Shown: one piece after another, positions 29,801-32,000 of the stretch | Layout: every line of letters starts with the position of its first letter | How positions within the stretch are numbered: the stretch's first letter is position 1 | From: Alkanindiges sp. WGS2144 | GTDB lineage: Bacteria > Pseudomonadota > Gammaproteobacteria > Pseudomonadales > Moraxellaceae | Assembly (NCBI RefSeq): GCF_043950625.1 | Contig: NZ_CP171007.1 | Direction: 5' to 3' (one strand) | DNA length: 32,000 nt | The notes under the pieces: generated by a model | What the model was told of the DNA's origin: nothing | Database searches by the model: none | The model's input: only the letters and a program-made list of their open reading frames with translations | Translations under genes and position numbers: made by a program

Positions 29801-32000
29801 AACATTTAAACTAACTGTCGCCTGTCCTTTATCGTTGGTATTGACCACAGCCGAACCACCTGTAGCGCCAACAATACTTACGCCATTCTGTAGCACTTTA
29901 CTGTTGTCTAGCTCCACAGTGACTTGACGGCCTTTAACCGCAGCACCTGCACTATCTTTTAAGGTAACAGTGGCTTTAACTGTCTGGGCAACTCCCACCT
30001 CGGCAATCAATGCTGGCTTGTCAACCACCAAGTCCATACGCTGGATGTTCACCCCAACCCTATAAAAAGAAACTCTAGTCTTTTGAATCACCGTACCAAA
30101 TTTTGCGCTAATTCCTAAACCATTTTTTATTAGTTCAGCGCGTTCAGCCTCTGAAAGCTGGTTAGGAGAATATTTTAGCGCAAAAGTAGCCAGGCCTTCT
30201 GCATTGGTGGTAGGTGAAACCTGATCAATTTGAATACCAGAGTAGTTCTTATCTAAACTTAGCGCAATGTCCTTATTAGCCACGATAGCGCCATTGCTCT
30301 TGTAGGCTTGTACATTAATAGATATTTCCTGATTCGCTTTAGCCACGTCCAGGCTGGCCGCAGAAGAGTTCATTTTAAGGTATGAAACCTCTGCTGTAGA
30401 CAATGCGGAAGCAGCAACCATAATCGTGGTATTTTGCGTTACATCACTACCATCAGCACGCACGGTGCCTACTTTAACTGCAATACCTGATGCAATCAAT
30501 TTTTGAATAGCTTGCTCATTTAACGCATTGACGTGCAGGGTAAAGGATACCTTACCATTTTCATCAGTATTTTTTGACTCTGCACCGGCAAAGCTTACGC
30601 CATTTTGTTCCACCTCTTTATTAGTGAACTCGAATTTGATCAACTTATTAACTGCCGGATTACCGTCGTTATCCAATGCCTGTGCAACAACCTGAACTGT
30701 ATCACCAGTAGAGGAAACAATTCCCTTACTGGCCGTCAATATAATTCTTTGCACTTCTTTTTCTACATTAATTTGGTAGAAGCCAACCCTGGTAGTTTGA
30801 GTGACAACCTGGCTATTGAGTCCATTATATTGAGCAGTGACAATAATGCCGTTGGTTAGCAGCGCATTTAACGTAGCAGCCGGTACATTTGAAGGGTTAA
30901 AGCTTAACGTAAATTTGGCTTGTCCGTTGCTATCAGTAACCACCTTAGAGCCAGTTTTAATGCTCAACCCTGCAGTTTGTGGAATAGTTAAGTTAATTGC
31001 TTTATTAGCTAATGCACCACCATTTTTATCTTTAGCAGTGACAGTAACAACCGCCTCATCACCTGCCACATTTATTTCATTAGCGGTGGCTATGCTTAAG
31101 CTAGTCACTTCCTCTGCTACTGGTGACACTACAGTTATTTTTGTACGTTGAGTTACTACACTGGCATCTTCTTTTAATAAGGCCTGAACAGTAATCCCAT
31201 TGTTAACTAAAGCCTTACCATCGGGATTATCCTGATTAACTACAGTCTTGATAGTAAATACTGCTTCGCCTTTGCTATTTGTTTTAACCACAGCATTGGT
31301 CAGCTTGGCACCATATTTTACTGCCTGCTCGTCTAAATTTAGCTGTACTTCTTTATTAGTGACTGCAAGACCCTCTGGGTTTTTTGCAGATACTGTAACT
31401 TGAATAGTGCCGTCTACCGCGTCTATCTTATTGTTGTTATCTGTAGCCAAAGTCAATTTGGTTACGACGTTAGCTACCGAGTTTACACCAACAGTATATA
31501 CTTGCGTTTTAGTAGCACCACTTGCTTCGGTGAGGGTGGCCTCTAAACTGACCCCCTGCTTGATTAGATCCGCACGTGATACTTCTGTTCCCGCTGGTAA
31601 AACAAGTATAAATTCTGCATAACCCTGATTATCAGTTACCGCACTTGATAACCCTTTAATCGTTACACCATTTTTCTGAAAATTCTGGACTTTTAAAGCT
31701 ACATTTTCGTTGGGTACACCACCACCATTTACATCTACCGCGCGTATACGAATAGAAGTTTCACCGCCACTTACTCTCAAGGGTACAGCAGAGTCAAAAT
31801 TCAACTCATATTGGCTTTGGGTAACAGTACCCGCACCGGTTACTGCCACCTTTTTAACATCATTAATCGTAGTTCCCACAACTGTCGCAGTGAATAGTAG
31901 TTCAGTTAGATCTGGGTTTGATCCACTTAATGTCACTGTAAAGGTAGCATTGCCCTTCTCATCTGTAGCTACTTGAGAGACGTCTGCGGTAGCACCATTT
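23825..32000 (-). CDS. Giant bacterial Ig-like (Big_1/invasin-intimin type) repeat adhesin; C-terminal 2,724+ residues, 5' end off-window
   Basis: The frame is open from the TAA at 23825 to the window edge. I translated 31937..32000 in frame as ..NGATADVSQVATDEKGNATFTV, so the GTG 'start' at 31936 is internal. About 26 consecutive modules of roughly 100 aa show the pattern VTA.D..GN.V.n..V.L......G....G...TD..G.A.F.L, each closed by L..xG[ILV]x[ILV]xA. The last ~200 aa form a non-repeat C-terminal domain. Confidence 0.85.
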   Translation of the reverse strand, partial: NGATADVSQVATDEKGNATFTVTLSGSNPDLTELLFTATVVGTTINDVKKVAVTGAGTVTQSQYELNFDSAVPLRVSGGETSIRIRAVDVNGGGVPNENVALKVQNFQKNGVTIKGLSSAVTDNQGYAEFILVLPAGTEVSRADLIKQGVSLEATLTEASGATKTQVYTVGVNSVANVVTKLTLATDNNNKIDAVDGTIQVTVSAKNPEGLAVTNKEVQLNLDEQAVKYGAKLTNAVVKTNSKGEAVFTIKTVVNQDNPDGKALVNNGITVQALLKEDASVVTQRTKITVVSPVAEEVTSLSIATANEINVAGDEAVVTVTAKDKNGGALANKAINLTIPQTAGLSIKTGSKVVTDSNGQAKFTLSFNPSNVPAATLNALLTNGIIVTAQYNGLNSQVVTQTTRVGFYQINVEKEVQRIILTASKGIVSSTGDTVQVVAQALDNDGNPAVNKLIKFEFTNKEVEQNGVSFAGAESKNTDENGKVSFTLHVNALNEQAIQKLIASGIAVKVGTVRADGSDVTQNTTIMVAASALSTAEVSYLKMNSSAASLDVAKANQEISINVQAYKSNGAIVANKDIALSLDKNYSGIQIDQVSPTTNAEGLATFALKYSPNQLSEAERAELIKNGLGISAKFGTVIQKTRVSFYRVGVNIQRMDLVVDKPALIAEVGVAQTVKATVTLKDSAGAAVKGRQVTVELDNSKVLQNGVSIVGATGGSAVVNTNDKGQATVSLNVKAADQAALDALLASGIDLKALAVQGDGSGTISQNTSISVLSKAAENEVGYLTAESNTAIATTGGSSTLTIRAFTGKGIAAANKSIKLALSNVPAGLNIKVDAAGKTTNSAGEATFNVTYTAAKGLTAEQIKALLSGVTATASYTNGAGKVITQNTTLQFYVNEQNIQRMDLVVDKPALIAEVGVEQKVKATVTLKDSAGAAVKGRQVAIALDSKALQNGVSIAGARGGSTVITTNDKGQASVSFNVNAANQAALDALLASGIGVGASAVQSDGSDFISQNTKVNVVTAEATYLTMSSDKSIATTGGEATITVKAQSAQGIAASNQKVRLALNLAQLPGNINLKINGTDRPQEGVETTTNSNGIATFKVLYTAQSNLTAEQINLLLGGIQATASYTAVSTNIKVTQSTTLQFYADQQSIQRMDLAIEKPLLLVDTDTDTAFISTVTLKDQDGNPIKNRQVLVEIDNYGVDNNILLTAVNFPGVTGGSVVVTTDVNGQAKVSVNVKTPTQDIIDKLVSKGISLKFSAVQGDGSGTISRNTSISVLSKAAESEVGYLTVDSSDVIKTTGGSSTIAVRAFTAKGIAASGKNIALRLGATPAGLNIKLDQTSATTGVDGKATFKLTYAANTRLSTEQIKALLAGIQVDASYTSSSGQKIAQNTNVQFAIDQINIQSMDVKVSEPVLTLKATDSRTVTATIKLKDASGKPINERQVTLAISQEALQNGVSIKGAPNSASIAVDTDTNGIAKVTLNVAIADQAQLDRLIAAGGIGIGVSAVQGDGSGAITQNTRVNILSQAAEDAAASEVGYLTVENSRVLDITGGSTDIVVKAFNPEGKLVKGKQIKLDILSSIPTGLQKYFSTGTGANKTAINGAINATLDAMGKATITLNYEASNLTAEQVQTLLAGLPIKASYTSEAGKVTSQSSVVQFVSSQPNIQRMDLVTAMSQSPTQNGGAFLLKLNSKESFRTTVTLKDRNGQLIKDRQVILTLDNIAVDNNILFRVVNFGGVTGGSTVVTTDENGQAEVTVEALVQSQADLDALIASGIDVSASAVQGDGSSVINQTTHVTVTSKAVEEATENAVSYLKATSSQSLATTVNGTTQITVEAYNAKGNALEGKGISLALADIPAGLTISAAPSSATSDTTDVTGKATFTVTYTAPADGNLTAAQIKGLIAGIQATANYTDGGKVITQSTKIHFYANSGAIANDAQRLELTTSKNEVTANSDNIVFTTKVFGRDGNPVKDRFVSLSLDAAATQNGITIAGARQQKTDANGEVSFTINVRASNQQMIDNLVANGINLSATVVQSNGAEFSQTTHVMAKAPQTLAVKELKVTPSAASIESTGGSSVVAVRAIDAAGNPVVNQNISFALGGVNATNARVSVDKTSAATNSQGYAYFTVNIANGEVDNDLVKDGLTYAVNTINQNDGNAVSQVGKINVSVPAGTYNLLPLHASKPNLMISGDTVTVTSKLVDNKGAPLKSQPVSLVVDKVTLNGGVNVDGGMTGITDTNGNVSFKITLPAKTLQAQIDELLSNGLTIKTSVKLPNGNTRFSPDLKLNVEAAVNPYHLVITSSSDNLSVNGDKAIITVSALANGTNVPAANQQVTLKVKKTNSTTGLNVGIVNEAEGNDGIADTYTVTTDQNGNGFFTLLVPEGGLDKDALFASGIELEASHTATNGTTTKQVYRLGVDRPGSTAPRHTLRISASKPQLNVRDDTADVTVTLLDQNGGVLQGQYITLAVSDFIRNGASIVGASGKTTDSSGQAIFTVRVDATMRNQNYSAADFVNDGLILRATFAGTSTQDFRIDIIQAVTAQPVGNLTFGKSALLETSADGNYYTEAVSAQLVDNDGKPIINQPVTMSIDLLSVAKGIYTPTKDVNGDPTRAKTTSVTCMGATLPATAQVATAFVSSQGSTNNIVTYTTDNSGKFDFRIRYLRQYAGWQIVNLNARVAMGSAPVQNLEARLNYPLTMVKSDFESEAGQPFDRSPYGVSASCANLD
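26185..30050 (-). repeat. Tandem intragenic super-repeats (about 741-819 bp, two Ig-like domains each) within the adhesin gene
   Basis: The unit boundary motif IQRMDL (or variants IQSMDV, AQRLEL) is encoded near 30047, 29306, 28550, 27798, 27004 and 26185. Perfect identity tracts occur between units, for example 29180..29230 = 29921..29971 (51 bp) and 28156..28192 = 29665..29701 (37 bp). Confidence 0.85.

Noticed and set aside
24699-31976. Many plus-strand ORFs of 60-140 aa inside the adhesin gene.
   Set aside because: They are antisense shadow ORFs, as expected in a long repetitive, compositionally biased gene. They have no independent signals.
1-32000. Search by eye for CRISPR arrays, tRNA/rRNA genes, IS elements, integrases and multi-gene defence islands.
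   Set aside because: I found none. The only regularly spaced repeats are the coding super-repeats of the adhesin, and no transposase- or integrase-like ORFs are present.

Overview
Dense, mostly core-chromosome stretch of a gammaproteobacterium. From memory, the SecB, YciB and MetRS sequences look Moraxellaceae/Acinetobacter-like, but I cannot verify that here. I support about 31 protein-coding genes, and saw no rRNA, tRNA, CRISPR array, IS element or integrase. Most of the window is built from micro-synteny blocks also known from E. coli: apbC(mrp)<>metG, orn<>rsgA, yibN-grxC-secB, coaBC<>radC and yciV(trpH)/yciB/yciI, with yciA further on. Between them sit thiol/sulfur genes (yfcG-like GST, trxC, two rhodaneses, a DUF442 protein), a membrane GGDEF cyclase, mnmC, yajQ and hotdog thioesterases. 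Three parts look accessory. (1) Left edge, 1..575: a translationally coupled pair made of a small unclassified ORF and an AbiEii/DUF1814-type nucleotidyltransferase toxin cut by the window edge. The toxin frame is missing from the supplied ORF track. (2) 16524..19734: a divergon with a Fur-box-like site, encoding DUF4198, an ApbE::DUF2271 single-polypeptide fusion and a PepSY_TM protein. I read it as an extracytosolic flavin-dependent iron-reduction/uptake module. No canonical flavinylation acceptor motif appears in any of its proteins. (3) 23825..32000: the C-terminal 2,724+ residues of a giant Ig-like (Big_1-type) repeat adhesin, probably an inverse autotransporter, with about 750-bp two-domain super-repeats carrying mosaic identity tracts. 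There is also an unlisted 37-codon lipoprotein-like ORF at 23651..23764. Part (2) is my best candidate for a poorly described system, but all its domains belong to named families, and I found nothing that is demonstrably a new multi-gene system. The ORF track uses GTG/TTG as M, so I trimmed several N-terminal extensions to better-supported ATG starts.
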